Part shown: positions 1-13,786 of the stretch, in pieces
How the letters are laid out: every line of letters starts with the position of its first letter
Numbering within the stretch: position 1 is the first letter of the stretch
Source: the human T2T-CHM13v2.0 reference genome, Homo sapiens
Length of the DNA stretch: 64,000 bases
NCBI RefSeq assembly: GCF_009914755.1
Contig: NC_060938.1
Reading direction: 5' to 3' (one strand)
Position numbers and translations under genes: made by a program
The notes under the pieces: generated by a model
Seen by the model: only the letters and a program-made list of their open reading frames with translations
Database searches by the model: none
What the model was told of the DNA's origin: nothing

Positions 1-80
1 ATAGTTAGAAAAGAATATACTATACTGCACTATATGACTCTACACCAGAAAGTTTCTTTCTTCCCTCCCCTCCCCTCTCT

Positions 81-279
81 GTGATTCTCCTGCCTCAGCC
101 TTTCAAGTAGCTGGGAATACAGGTGCGCAACAACACGCCCAGCTAATTTTTGTATTTTTAGTAGAGACAGGGTTTCGCCGTGTTGGCCAGGCTGGTCTCA
201 AACTCCTAACCTGAGGTGATCTGCCTGCCTCTGCTTCCCAAATTGCTGGGATTATAGGCATGAGTCACCACGCCTGGCC
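81..279 (-). mobile_element. Alu (AluS), truncated at its 3' end
   Basis: Antisense Alu consensus. Confidence 0.9.
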
Positions 280-2663
280 TTTTTCTATTGATTTTACGAG
301 TACTAAGCTAAAGTGCTGTCAGGGTGTTAAAAGTATGTGAAATGTAGTTTGCTTGATATACTTGGAGGTTGGAAAGCAATTTTATTAAACTTTCCAGTTG
401 TCAAGAGCAGCATCAGTGAAAGCTTAAATAGGACAATTTAGTCCTTATCTAGAACTATTAACCCTGAAGCTCAAATGACACCCAGGTGTCAGGAATGGCC
501 CTTGTCTGGGACCCACTTTCTCAGACTTAGTTTCTTAGAGCTGGCCAGTCGGAAGCAGCCCTGTTTAGATACCAGCTGTACAGTATGTGACTGTGTAGCT
601 GATTTCTTGTCAGACTTAATCAAAGTTGTCAAGACCATGAGCAGATAGTCACAGTTGCTTAGATGTAACCTGTCTGGTTCCCTCTGGTGGAGGCAGCTTT
701 TGGATTTGGCTCATCTTGGGATCTAGAAGGGTCCTGTCCTCTTTCAGTAGATTTAAAGAGCTCTGGTTTCCTAGGTTCTTAGAGAATCCAGCATGTTCAG
801 CCTTACCAGATCCTCTCGGGCTTGTGTCCCAGTTCGCATAGCCACGCTTCTGCCGTGTCCCCGATAGCAGTCTCCTACCTTGTACTCTTGTTTTAGGATC
901 AAAGTCTCTGCCTTATTCAACAGACCTTGAGACCCTTCCTTGTATGCTGCCCAGATATCTAGTCCCTCTTGACTTGCAGCTTTTCTTGTTCATGCAAATC
1001 CTCCTCACTTCTGGCACCTTTCCTTAGCCCTGTTTTGATAAGTGTCAGTTATGATGCCCCATGCTGCGTGTGGCCTGTCTGCTGCTCTTCCCACTACCCC
1101 ATAACTGTATAACCTTATAACTATAAACTATACTTTCTAGATAAGTTACTTATCTGACTAATAAACTTCTTCTTGTCACCTCCAGGGAGCTGACTCCATT
1201 CCTGGGTGAGTCTCCCTAATCGGAATCTAGGCCCAGGTCTTGGTCTTTCTGCCATCGTTAGCTCCTCTGTGGCTATCATAACTGGACCTCACCTCTGTCC
1301 TCAGCTGTATTTGGCAGCCCCAAGTCCAGAGCCTCCCCAGAAAGTCAATCTCTGTGGGTATGGAGGGATTCCATTCAATCGGGTGGAGGAGGGCCTGAGA
1401 GTCTAAATATGTTTCTCTTAAAAAATGTCATCCAGTCTTTCTGTTTGTGGCTGTGTTTCTGCCTTAATGATTACCTTGAAGTCATTTCTAGCCTTTTGAG
1501 TTTCTATGGCACAAATGGCCTTGCTTCTTATTGGCTTCTCTGCACCCTCCCCGCTACCTCGTCTCCTCCTAGACCAAGGTTTCAGCTTTAGTTTTGGTGA
1601 GTCAGTTACCACTCATTTTTCAGCTTTCCAGCTTCCCAACTTCTCACCTTCTACCTGAGAGTATTCTTATCCTCTATTCTCTGTGTGCTTGTTGGTTTGT
1701 ACCATTTTAAATTCTTTTCTGTTATTAAAGTAGCATGTGGGGAGAAAACAGAGACAAACATATATATTTAATCCACCATGTTAAACTTGTTATTTAACTG
1801 TTTCAATCACTGCGTAAAACTGCCTGCCCTGAAGACATATTTGAAGTGTGTATATAGTAGAAATAAAAATTAATTAAAACTCTGCTTTGTCTGTACTCCT
1901 TACTCAACTGCAAAAGGTATTTTTAAAATTAATAAAATAATTATAACTACCTTTAAGAAGCAACAGTCCCAGCTTTCCTTATTTTATTAAAATGAGAATT
2001 GTACCTCTAGTATATGGGTACTTCATATGTTTCTTGAAATAATCTATTATTTTGTATGAAAGATATAGAAGTTTTAATACACTATTGTTTAATTCTTTGG
2101 TCAGGTTTTTAAAAAACTGTCTAAAAAAGCAGATTTTAGTACTAATTGTTAACATAACTTTCAGTTAATTTTGTGATGACATAGGTACTATCTTCACAAA
2201 CAGTCCATTTCTGTAGCATGGATCTTTATCCTGCTTTGCAGCAGTGCCTGGAATATGATACCACTGAGAACTTTTGTCCTTCAAAACTGTAGTAACCTGG
2301 ATGTTTATCTAGGATATGGTGACAAAGTTCTACTCTCTTTAATGAAAGACAGAAGTGCAAAAAGTTAGACTAGAAGGCTGGAATGTCAGGAGACTATTAA
2401 AGTTTGGAAATATCAAAGTGGGCCTAGTTCCCTTTATTTTACTCCTTCCATTCGCTGTAAAACAAAACCCATAATTCTGCCAATGCTAAAAGTATACTCT
2501 CTTTTCTCATCATCCGGTGGAAGCTTGTGCTAGTTTAACAAGAAAGTTCTTTGCAGGCAAAAAAATTTAGTTTGTTCAAATAAATGAAGTATATCAATTA
2601 AATGAAAATTTTTAAATTTAATTGAACAAACATTTTTGCTTAAAAATTTTTTTCCTCATTAAA

Positions 2664-2972
2664 TTTTTTTTTTTTTTGTATATTTAGGGAGTTACAAGTG
2701 CAAATTTCTTATATGCGTATATTGTGTAATGGTGGAGTCTGGGCTTTTAGTGGAACCTATCACCCAAATAGTGGACATTGTACCCAATAGGTAAATTTTC
2801 AGCCCTCACCCCACTCCCACTGTCTCACCTTTTATAGTCCCCAAGGCCTATTATTCCACTCCATGCGTCCGTGTGCCCCCATTGTTTAGCTCCCACTTAT
2901 AAGTGAGACCATGCGGCATTTGACTTTCTGAGTTATTTCTCTTAGGATAATGGCTTCTAGTTCCACCTGTGT
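2664..2972 (-). mobile_element. L1 (L1PB-like) 3' end fragment
   Basis: Poly-T followed by L1 3' UTR motifs (ttgtacccaataggtaa, ctcccacttataagtgaga). Confidence 0.75.
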
Positions 2973-3749
2973 GGACAGACATTTATTGTGTTCCAGTGCA
3001 GAGTTCTGAACCAGGAGAACGAAGACCTGGGTTTTGATCTCAGCTCTGCTGATGTATCAGTCAGCATCTAGTTAGAAGACAAACCTCCCCAGTTATTGAT
3101 TTTTCATTTTAAATATTTTATTTAATATTAATGTTTAAATTAGCCTTTATTTTGAGATAATGGTAAACTCACATATAAAAATAATACAAACAAATCCCAG
3201 GTATCCTGTATTGAGTTTCCCCAATGGTAAAACTATAGAATATTGCAATCAGGATGTTGACATCAATGCAGTCAAGATAAAGAACATTTTTGTCACCACA
3301 AGGATTCTTGTTATTGCCATTTTCTAGCCCCATCCACTTCCCTCCTCCTCCCACCCCTTCTAATCCCAGACAGCCACTAATATAGTCTCTATTTCTATAA
3401 TTTTATTATTTTAAAAATGTTAAAAAATATTTTAAAAATTTTATAAATGAAATTATATAGTATGTAACTTTTTGGGATTGGCTATTTTCACATAGCATTA
3501 TTCTGTGGAGATTCATTCAGGTTCTTCCATATATTGATAGTTTGTTCCTCTTTGTTGCTGAGCAGTATTCCATGGTATAAATGTGTCACAGTTTAACTAT
3601 TCACCCACTGAAGGACATCTGGGTTCTTTCCAATTTTGGACTATTATGAATAAAGCTGCTGTAAACATTTGTAAAGGAGTCTTTGGTGAATATAAGTTTT
3701 TATTTCTCAGGGATGTGTCCAGGAGTGTGCTTGCTGGGTCATATGTTAA

Positions 3750-4060
<311 letters not shown>

Positions 4061-4264
4061 TGCATGTTTATTTTTTAAGGAAACTGTCAAAATGTTTTTC
4101 AGAGCGGTTTTACCATTTTATATGCTTTTTCTGCATTAACTGACATGATTATAGAATTTATTTCCATTAGCTTGTTAAAATGGTGGGTTACATTGATTGA
4201 TTTTTGGATGTTAAACTAGCCTTGCATTCCTGGAATAAACCTTATTTGGTCATGGTGTATAATT

Positions 4265-4267
<3 letters not shown>

Positions 4268-4321
<54 letters not shown>

Positions 4322-4433
4322 TATATAAATATATATATGTGTATATATGTATATAAATATATATGTATATATGTATATATATAAATATATATGTGTATAT
4401 ATGTATATATATATAACGTGTATATATATATAT
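4268..4433. repeat. Compound (TA)n/(CA)n and AT-rich microsatellite
   Basis: Directly visible TA run, then CA run, then degenerate TATG repeats. Confidence 0.95.
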
Positions 4434-5800
4434 GTAGCTGAATTATATTTGCTAATATTTTATTAAGGATTTCTGTGTAAATATCCTTGAGAGATATTGT
4501 AGTTTCTTTTTTGGTACTGTAAAACTGGCTTTCATAAAATTAATTGGGAGTGTTTCTTTCTCTTCAGTTTTCCAGGAGAGATTGTACATAATTGCTGTTA
4601 AATCTCCTTTAGATGTTTGGTCAAATTCTCTAGTGAAACCATCTGGACCTGTAGATTTCTTTTTGGGGAGTTTCTACATTATTCATTCAATTTCTTTAGT
4701 ATTAATAGGGCAATTCCCATTATGTATTTAATATTGGATGAGTTGCAGTAGTGTTTTTCAAAGTATCTGTCCATTTCCTCTAAGTTTTCAAATTTGTGTG
4801 TGTAAAGTTATTTGTAGCATTAACTTATTATCTGCTTGATGTCTGTAGTGTCTGTAGTGGTATCCCTATTTCATTCCTAGGACTGTATTGCTTTCTTCTG
4901 TCTTTGCTTTTGTCCGTCTTTCTAGAAGTTTATCAATTTTACTGATCTTTTAAAAGAACTAGCTCTTTATTTTATTGGTTTTTTTCCCCTAATGTTCTTG
5001 TATTTTCAACTTGATTGATTTCTGTTTTAATTTTTATTATTTCCTTCCTTTTGCTTGCTTTGGGTTTATTTTGTTCTTTTCTTAGATTCTTGAAGTGGTC
5101 ATTTAGATTATCGATTTCAGACTTTTCCTCATTTTTAATGTATGCATTTAGTGCTATAAATTTCCCTCTCAGCAATACTTTGACTGTGCTATACAAGTTT
5201 TCATGTTTTATTTTCATTCTGTTTGATGTATTTAAAAATTTCTCTTGAGACTTCCTCTTTGACTGGTATTTAGAAGTATGTTGCTCAGTTTCCCAGTGAT
5301 TGGAGATTTTCGTTTTGATAAAGTAGCATTTTTGCCTTTTATGTTAGAAATGATAAAGTTAGAATCCAAGATGTCTTAGAGTTCTGTTTATTTTATTCAG
5401 ATAAGTGCTTAGGTTCTTTGATATTAAAAAGATGATTCTTATTAGGCAGATGTAGGGACTTTTTTTTTTAATGCCATTGAATGCAGATGCTTTTTTTGGC
5501 AGATAGAATCTTATTTCACATGGACAAGAAATATGGTTTTAGACCACTATAAAAATTTCATCATGCAGAGTGGGATGAAATTTGAGTATAGGGTTAACAT
5601 TGAACCAATGGTTAGGATGCTAAAAACTTTTTATTGAGAAAGTGGGACGATAAAAACGTACTTTAAAAAAGAACAATGTAAGAAGGTATTATGCTTTGTT
5701 GGGTATTGTTTTTAAGCTCAATATCCAACAATAGAATTGTGATTCTTAGCTGTTTGTCTATATCAAAATATCAGAAATAACTTTCATATCTTTTTTACAG

Positions 5801-5959
5801 ATTGAAATTGTCAAAGAAGAATTTAATGAGCATTTAGAAGTTGTAGACAAGATAAACCAGGTCTGCAAAAATCTACAATTTTATCTAAATAAAATGAAAA
5901 CTTTTGAAGAGCCCCCTTTTGAAAAAGAGGCTAATATTATTGTGGATAGATGGCTTGAT
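5801..5959 (+). CDS. SYNE2: SYNE2 exon (~33), 159 bp, phase 0/0, IEIVKEEFNE...IVDRWLD
   Basis: Acceptor ttttttacag|ATT, donor GAT|gtaagt; 53 open codons. Confidence 0.95.
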
Positions 5960-6375
5960 GTAAGTGATAATTTCATTGATTGCAAATTTAATTTTGTTTC
6001 CAATATTTTGGTGTATCTTTAGTATTTTTATTTAATTCAAGATTCAAAAATACTCATTGTAAAAATGTTCAAATTATATAAAACTTAGGAATTAATTTTA
6101 ACCCCAGAGTTGGGACTACTAACAGATGGGTTCATCATCTTGTACATATAGAAATACATACTTGGCTTTTTAAAAATAAGTTCTTTAATATATTGCCTGT
6201 TCATGCAGTATACTGATGTTTAACTACATATTTAATATAATTTTGGTTGAGTAGTAATGATATTACTAGTTTTTATTAATTAGAAACTAAGAACTCATCT
6301 GCATTATATTTTCATCTGGGTTTTTAAAAGTACCATTTAACAAAAAAAAATGTGGTTTAGAAATGAAGAAGACTA

Positions 6376-6680
6376 GACCCAGCATGGTGGCTCACATCTA
6401 TAATCCTAGCACTTTGGGAGGCTGAGACGGGTGAATCACCTGAGGTCAGGGGTTTGAGACCAGCCTGGCCAACATGGTGAATCCTGTCTCTACTAAAAAT
6501 ACAAATATTAGCCGGGCATGGTGGTGCATGCCTGTAATCTCAACTACACGGGAGGCTGAGGCAGGAGAATGGCGTGAACTCGGGAGGCGGAGCTTGCAGT
6601 GAGCCGAGTTCGCACCACTGCACTCCAGCCTGGGCGACAGAGCAAGACTCCATCTCAAAAAAAAAAAAAAAAAAAAAAAA
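6376..6680 (+). mobile_element. Alu, AluSx/AluY mosaic
   Basis: Full dimer with a 24-A tail; see findings. Confidence 0.92.
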
Positions 6681-6921
6681 GAAATTAGGAAGACTATTGA
6701 TTTCAATTGCATATAAGCTACAGCAAATCAGGTAAGTTTTATTTTTATTTTTTAAGAGAAAGAACTACATGATATGTTAAAGCAAATTTTTGTTGATGAA
6801 TAAAGCAGATTATCCAGTAATAGTAAACTAAAATTTTATTTTAAAACAGTGTTTGGCTGAAACAGTGGTTTTCAGACTTTTCACTGCTACATATGTTGTT
6901 TCTCTTTTTAAATTATGGTAG

Positions 6922-7083
6922 ATAAATGAGAAGACAGAAGATTACTATGAAAATCTTGGTCGAGCTCTAGCTTTGTGGGACAAACTTTTTAACTTAAAAA
7001 ATGTCATTGATGAGTGGACAGAAAAGGCCCTTCAAAAAATGGAATTACATCAATTGACTGAAGAGGACAGAGAAAGGCTGAAG
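6922..7083 (+). CDS. SYNE2: SYNE2 exon (~34), 162 bp, phase 0/0, INEKTEDYY...DRERLK
   Basis: Acceptor atggtag|ATA, donor AAG|gtaatt; open frame continuing the previous exon. Confidence 0.93.
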
Positions 7084-7522
7084 GTAATTTAACAGATAAA
7101 ATACATGCTTTTCTTGGTACACAATTGACATTTTTTATTTTTTATGAATATAGTCAACAAACATTAGGATGCTCATATGTGACTTTGTTATCAAGAAAAT
7201 CACAGACATTTTTGGATCATTATTCAGTTGTTGAATCTATTACCCTTACCAATACTTTGAAAGTATGGGATTTAGTAAGTCTATTGCTAGATCTTGTTAT
7301 ATAATGGGGAAACGTGCTAGTATTACGTATCACAAATTGTTTTTAATATTTTGATAACTATCATGTAATTGTTTTCCTTTGTAATTCTACCTTATTTAGT
7401 TTATGCTTTATTTTAAAATTGCTATTACGCAAGGGGTCTGTAGGCTTCACCAGATTGCCAGAGGGATTGGTAGTATGAAAAAGATGAAGAATTCCTAGCA
7501 AAAGCGCCAACAAAATGCATAA

Positions 7523-8070
<548 letters not shown>

Positions 8071-8287
8071 TAGACCATGATTTTAGACGGCCTTCTTCAT
8101 ATTTGAATTAAACAATGCCTTATAAAGATCAGAAAAAATACATGGCTGAGTATCACCATCTTTATAGAGCTTCAAGAAAAGCTACTTTTTAAAACAACAG
8201 TCTCAGGTTGTGGCATCTGGAAAGAATCAAAGTTATTTCTCTTTCAACTCTAGGAAGAATTCTTCCTAATTGCTTGTTTACATATTA

Positions 8288-8631
<344 letters not shown>

Positions 8632-9318
8632 TCAGAAAACAGCCAACTGTTGCCAGTTATATGTGGTTCAACGTAACATAAAAATGTATGCTAATGCCTC
8701 AGATCTCGTTTTGTCTCTAACTATTTTATTTACTTTTTAATTCATGTATTTATTTTTACATATTTGGAAAAAGTTTTTGAACTGTTTGGAGATTTCAAGT
8801 TTCCTGGATAAATGATAATAGGTATTAAGTGAAACTATGATTTTCTAAGTATAAATGAATCATTTCTAAGAGTCCTTTAAATTTGTCTTGGATTACAGGT
8901 TGTTTAAAAATCTGAAGTTAAGAATTGTAAACTGACAGCTGTGGGCCAAAATCTGCTAAAATTGTGTGTCCGTGTGTGTGTGTGTATGTGTGTGCATGCG
9001 TGCAGATGCGCACACACGGGGTATGCAATTTATAAATATATTTATGAAATTGAATGCTTTAAGGCAGACCGTGCATTCTCTTGTGGCACAGGCCTAGCCT
9101 TTCTCTTGTCTTATACCTAGAAAGACGCTTGGTTGTAGCATTTGCCTGACCCCTGAAGGCACTTGGATTTGTAACTTCTAGGACTCTGACAAAACACACA
9201 TGATTATGGGAAATTCAAGGGCTCTCTCAGTTTCTATATATAAACAGTAGTAATTATGGGTATCAGAAAATAAGGTATGAAATAAAAAGACACTATCCTT
9301 TAAAATTACATGTTTTAG

Positions 9319-9420
9319 GAAGAATTACAAGTCCATGAACAAAAAACTTCAGAATTTTCTAGAAGAGTGGCTGAAATACAGTTTTTGCTCCAAAGCAGTG
9401 AAATACCTCTTGAATTGCAG
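9319..9420 (+). CDS. SYNE2: SYNE2 exon (~35), 102 bp, phase 0/0, EELQVHEQK...PLELQ
   Basis: Acceptor tgttttag|GAA, donor CAG|gtaaga. Confidence 0.94.
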
Positions 9421-9449
9421 GTAAGAATTTTTATTTAAAAGTTTCAGTT

Positions 9450-9535
9450 ATTGAGGCTTCAGTAAGCCATAATCATATCACTGCACTCCAGCCTGGGCGA
9501 CAGAGCAAAACCCTGTCTCTAAAAGAAGAAAAAAA
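9450..9535 (+). mobile_element. 5'-truncated Alu 3' end, ~30 bp after an exon donor
   Basis: cactgcactccagcctgggcgacagagcaaaaccctgtctct followed by an A-rich tail. Confidence 0.8.
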
Positions 9536-9560
9536 CGGCCCAATTAAAGATTCTCTATAA

Positions 9561-9712
9561 CAGGGGTGTCCTGTCTTTTGGCTTCCCTGGGCCATATTGG
9601 AAGAAGAATTGTCTTGGGCCACACATGAAATACACTAACAATAGCAAAAAAATTTCATAATGTTTTAAGAAAATTTAGGAATTTATGTTGGGTCGTGGAT
9701 TGGACAAGCTTG
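9561..9712 (+). mobile_element. MER30-like hAT MITE
   Basis: caggggtgtcc...cttttggcttccctgggcca...ggaagaagaattgtcttgggccacac...ttggacaagcttg. Confidence 0.8.
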
Positions 9713-10641
9713 CCCTATGGCCTCTAAAATAATGCTTAAAAATCATGCATTCTAAACATAAAGCCTAAAATAAAATTAGGATCATTTATTCAATTCCTAT
9801 GTTAAGTCCCACCAAATTTCTAATAGTTGGTATAGTTAAATATATTTATTCCATATTTAGCGTCAATGATATTATATTTTTGTAGTCCTTTATTTTCCCC
9901 TCACCTATTTCACAGGCCTCACTCAGGTATGGAGGGCAAATGTTGCCTGTGCATCTGTGTAAAGTAATGATTATTTTCTATGTGTTTCTTGGGTATAGGA
10001 AGGAGAATTTCACTCAAGTCATCCTAGGTTTATTATTTGCTAGATGGAGAAAGAGAGAGATTGCCCCAAGTATGGTTTTCTGTTGTGTGAAGAGATTTGT
10101 TTTTGTTTTTCTTAGATCTAGGTACATAGTGGTTGAATATGAGTGCTGGAGTTAAGACCTTCTGGGTGAGGTTCCGGCTGTACTACCTACTAGCTTTATA
10201 ATCTTGGACAAGTTACTTAACATTCTTAAGCCTGTATTTTGTACACAAAGTGCTTACCACAATGCTGTGTACATCATAAATACTCAATAAAAAGCAGGCT
10301 GTTTAATTTTTTTCCATATATTTTTCTTTATATTTTATGTCATGAGCACCATGAGACAGCACCTTAGTTGGTATGCTAGATTAAACTTGTGTTGAGGGGA
10401 AGGATCAAGTTTGTCTCTTAGAAAAAAATCAGAATATCCATTTCAGTTTTTTTTATGTTATGCTTTATCCTTTAAAGGCAAAATTCAAATTGTATCAGTG
10501 ACATAGAAAAACGTAGAGCAATGAAAAGAATGCATTTCACATTGAAATGAAGTAATCTCAACCCATTCTCTAGCAATGCAGTTGTCTTAAATCTAGTTAA
10601 ATAATGACTGTTATACAACTTCATATATTTCATGATTTCAG

Positions 10642-10842
10642 GTCATGGAGTCCTCTATTTTGAACAAGATGGAACATGTACAGAAGTGCTTAACAGGAGA
10701 ATCCAACTGCCATGCACTCAGTGGCAGCACTGCTGAGCTAAGGGAGGATCTCGACCAAGCCAAGACCCAGATCGGGATGACTGAATCCCTCTTAAAAGCC
10801 CTGTCTCCTTCTGACAGCTTGGAGATCTTCACTAAACTAGAG
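10642..10842 (+). CDS. SYNE2: SYNE2 exon (~36), 201 bp, phase 0/0, VMESSILNK...IFTKLE
   Basis: Acceptor atttcag|GTC, weak donor GAG|gtgcta; matches the 5' part of ORF 10645..11055. Confidence 0.92.
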
Positions 10843-11183
10843 GTGCTACCGAGCTGCTTGTCTTCTGTGGTTCAGATTTATTTTCACACTATTTGCAGTT
10901 GTCTTGAGCTCTTAGAGTTAATAAAAATAGAAAAAAAAAGTCGAAGAAGAAAACTCAGAAAAACCGCTTTTGTATATTTAGCATTTTCATCTTTGAATTG
11001 CTTTGTGCATGATAATTATTTGATATTAACTTGCATTGTATCATACATTTACTAGCAAAGAGAAAGTGAATCCACTCAACAGAGAGTCATTGAGATTTTT
11101 ACAAAACAATTGAGATCTAATATGCTTTGTGTAATTTGAGCCTGTTTTAAGATTTAATGGTTGTTGTTTGTTTATGCATTTAG

Positions 11184-11355
11184 GAGATACAACAGCAGAT
11201 TCTACAGCAAAAACACAGTATGATATTACTTGAGAATCAAATAGGTTGTCTGACTCCTGAACTCTCTGAATTGAAAAAGCAATATGAAAGTGTCAGTGAT
11301 TTATTTAATACCAAAAAAAGTGTTTTGCAAGATCACTTTTCTAAGTTATTGAATG
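11184..11355 (+). CDS. SYNE2: SYNE2 exon (~37), 172 bp, phase 0/1, EIQQQILQQK...SKLLN
   Basis: Acceptor atttag|GAG, donor ATG|gtgagt; overlaps ORF 11220..11447. Confidence 0.94.
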
Positions 11356-12077
11356 GTGAGTGCAACATTTCTCTTATTTTGTTTCTGGGACTCTTGAAGT
11401 ATGAATGTAGTACTGTGAACACAAAAGCTAATCTAAGCCTGACTTAGAGATGGTTTGCACAGACTACATTCAAGGAAATAATAATCAGAGAAATCTTTTG
11501 GGAGCAAAGACTGATTTATGCTTGACATAAATAACACCTAGTTCTTGCAAGCTCCAAACCTTTATTTCTTTCTTGAAGGTAAGTCACTAAGGTCCTAGTG
11601 TTTGACCTGCTCATTGTGGTTGGTGAGTCTGGGGAAATACTGGTGCACAAGCGGTCCAGGCAGTGTCTTTGAGTGTCCTGTATGCTTGGACGTTTGGTAT
11701 AGAAAATACACTACAATTATTTGATGAATTGTAGTAAAAATACTGGAGGCATAGAACTGTATCTAAATAAATAGGGAGGCCGGGCGCGGTAGCTCACGCC
11801 TGTAATTCTAGCACTTTGGGAGGCCAAGGCGGGTGGATTGCTTGAGCTCAAGAGTTTGAGACCAGCCTGGGTCTCAAACCTTGGTGAAAGGTTCACCAAA
11901 TTTATGGTGAAACCTTGTCTAGGCTTTATTAGCCCTCAAAATTGGGTTTCAGAGGTTATTACCACTTTCACAACGATGTATATCTATGGCATGGGAAACA
12001 AGTTTCAAAATCTCTCACTTTAACAAGATGTATGAAGTCTTCCTTGAATGAATAGAGCTTTTTTTTTCCCCCTGCAG

Positions 12078-12190
12078 ATCAATGCAAGAACTTTAATGAC
12101 TGGTTCAGCAACATTAAAGTGAACCTTAAGGAGTGTTTTGAATCATCAGAAACAAAAAAGAGTGTGGAACAAAAGCTACAAAAACTTTCT
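12078..12190 (+). CDS. SYNE2: SYNE2 exon (~38), 113 bp, phase 1/0, (D)QCKNFNDWF...LQKLS
   Basis: Acceptor ttttcccctgcag|AT, donor TCT|gtaaga; phases fit both neighbours. Confidence 0.94.
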
Positions 12191-12273
12191 GTAAGAGATA
12201 TATGTGTATTTTTAATAAAAATTTTCAATACTAAAATACTGGAGGCATAGAACTGTATCAAAATAAATAGGGA

Positions 12274-12588
12274 GGCTGGGCATGGTAGCTCACACCTGTA
12301 ATCCTAGCATTTTCGAAGGCTGAGGCTGGTGGATCACTTGAGCTCAAGAGTTCGAGACCAGCCTGGGTCTCGAACTTTGGTAAAAGGTTCACCAAGCTCA
12401 TGGTGAAACCTTATCTCTACAAAAAATACAAAAATTAGCTGGGTGTGGCAGCAAGTACCTGTAGTCCCAGGTGAGAGGATCGCTTGAGCCTGGGAGGAGG
12501 AAGGTGTAGTGAGCTGAGATCATGCCACTGCACTCCAGCACTCCATCCTGGGCGACAGAGTGAGACCCTGTCTCAAATAAAAAAGAAA
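12274..12588 (+). mobile_element. AluJ with an anomalous internal insertion; partial duplicate at 11778-11920
   Basis: Sense Alu with ~31 extra nt after AGCCTGGG. Confidence 0.9.
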
Positions 12589-13583
12589 TAGAGTAATAAG
12601 TACTTTGACTTACTGATATTTTCACATGAGAGATAATATTCCCAAATAACTTGGCCTTTTTCCAAATATTTAAGACTCTATTTATTGGGTGTGTGTACAA
12701 ATGGCTTACAGAATCTCTACTTTTACATATATTCTAAGATGCTGTTTAATTTAGTGTCCACTGGGGAATTCAGTTGTGTTGAAATCATATTTGATAAAAA
12801 ATAAAGACCTAATTTGGACTTTAAAATCCCCTTTCTTGAAAGAGGTATTTTAACTTGTTTATACATCTTTTTCCAGTTATATTTCTTTTAAAAATTGCCG
12901 CTGAACTTCAGTACATTTCTGGTTGGAACGTAGTGGAGGATATCCTGAAATGAAAGGCAGAGTTCACGGGGGCGTATGAAAGGCCTGTGGTACCCTAAAA
13001 TCTTGATCACTTTAGGGTAGACTATCTATTACTTTAATGTTTTGATGATAAGTTATGTTTTTAAGCTTATCAATGGCACTAAATGTTCACTGTTTAATTC
13101 CTTGCTTTGATGGTACCATTCTTTACTGATAGAATCACCCCTCTTCTAACAATTTGAAGTCTCATCTTTTTTTGTTTGCTTGTTTGCCTTTAATTTTGCC
13201 CATTGCATGGGCCTTAACAATTGATGCCCAAACCTTGAAACGTAAACATTGAGATAAAATTCTTATTTGGGCAACGTTAAATAGAGAATAGTCTGTGGAG
13301 AAGTTGGACGTAGCCAGGATAGGAAAATGTAGCTGTCCTGGTCTTGCTCCTGCTGATCTTCCTGGTGGCTCTGTGTTACTTTGCTTGATGTAATTCCCAA
13401 GAAGTCAGAACTATTATAAATCATCTGCCATTGGAGATAGCCACATCTCCATCACCCTTCTTTCGTATAGGATCTTAAGAAGGTGGTATGTCTGTGTACT
13501 GGTTTGGAAAAGTGTCGTGAGGGTGGCAGAGACCACATTCAGACTTGCCAGGAGATTGTAATGGACTTTTTGTCTTTCTGAAG

Positions 13584-13786
13584 GATTTCTTGACTCTTGA
13601 AGGAAGAAACAGTAAAATAAAGCAGGTGGACAGCGTACTGAAGCATGTGAAGAAGCATCTGCCCAAAGCACATGTGAAGGAGCTTATCAGTTGGCTCGTG
13701 GGTCAGGAATTCGAATTAGAAAAAATGGAGTCCATATGCCAGGCTCGAGCAAAGGAGCTTGAAGACTCCTTGCAGCAGCTACTGAG
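13584..13786 (+). CDS. SYNE2: SYNE2 exon (~39), 203 bp, phase 0/2, DFLTLEGRN...LQQLL
   Basis: Acceptor ctttctgaag|GAT, donor AG|gtagga; within ORF 13545..13790. Confidence 0.93.

Noticed and set aside
12900-13560. Non-repeat intronic stretch considered as a processed pseudogene or ncRNA
   Set aside because: No recognisable ORF, poly(A)/TSD signature or RNA motif.
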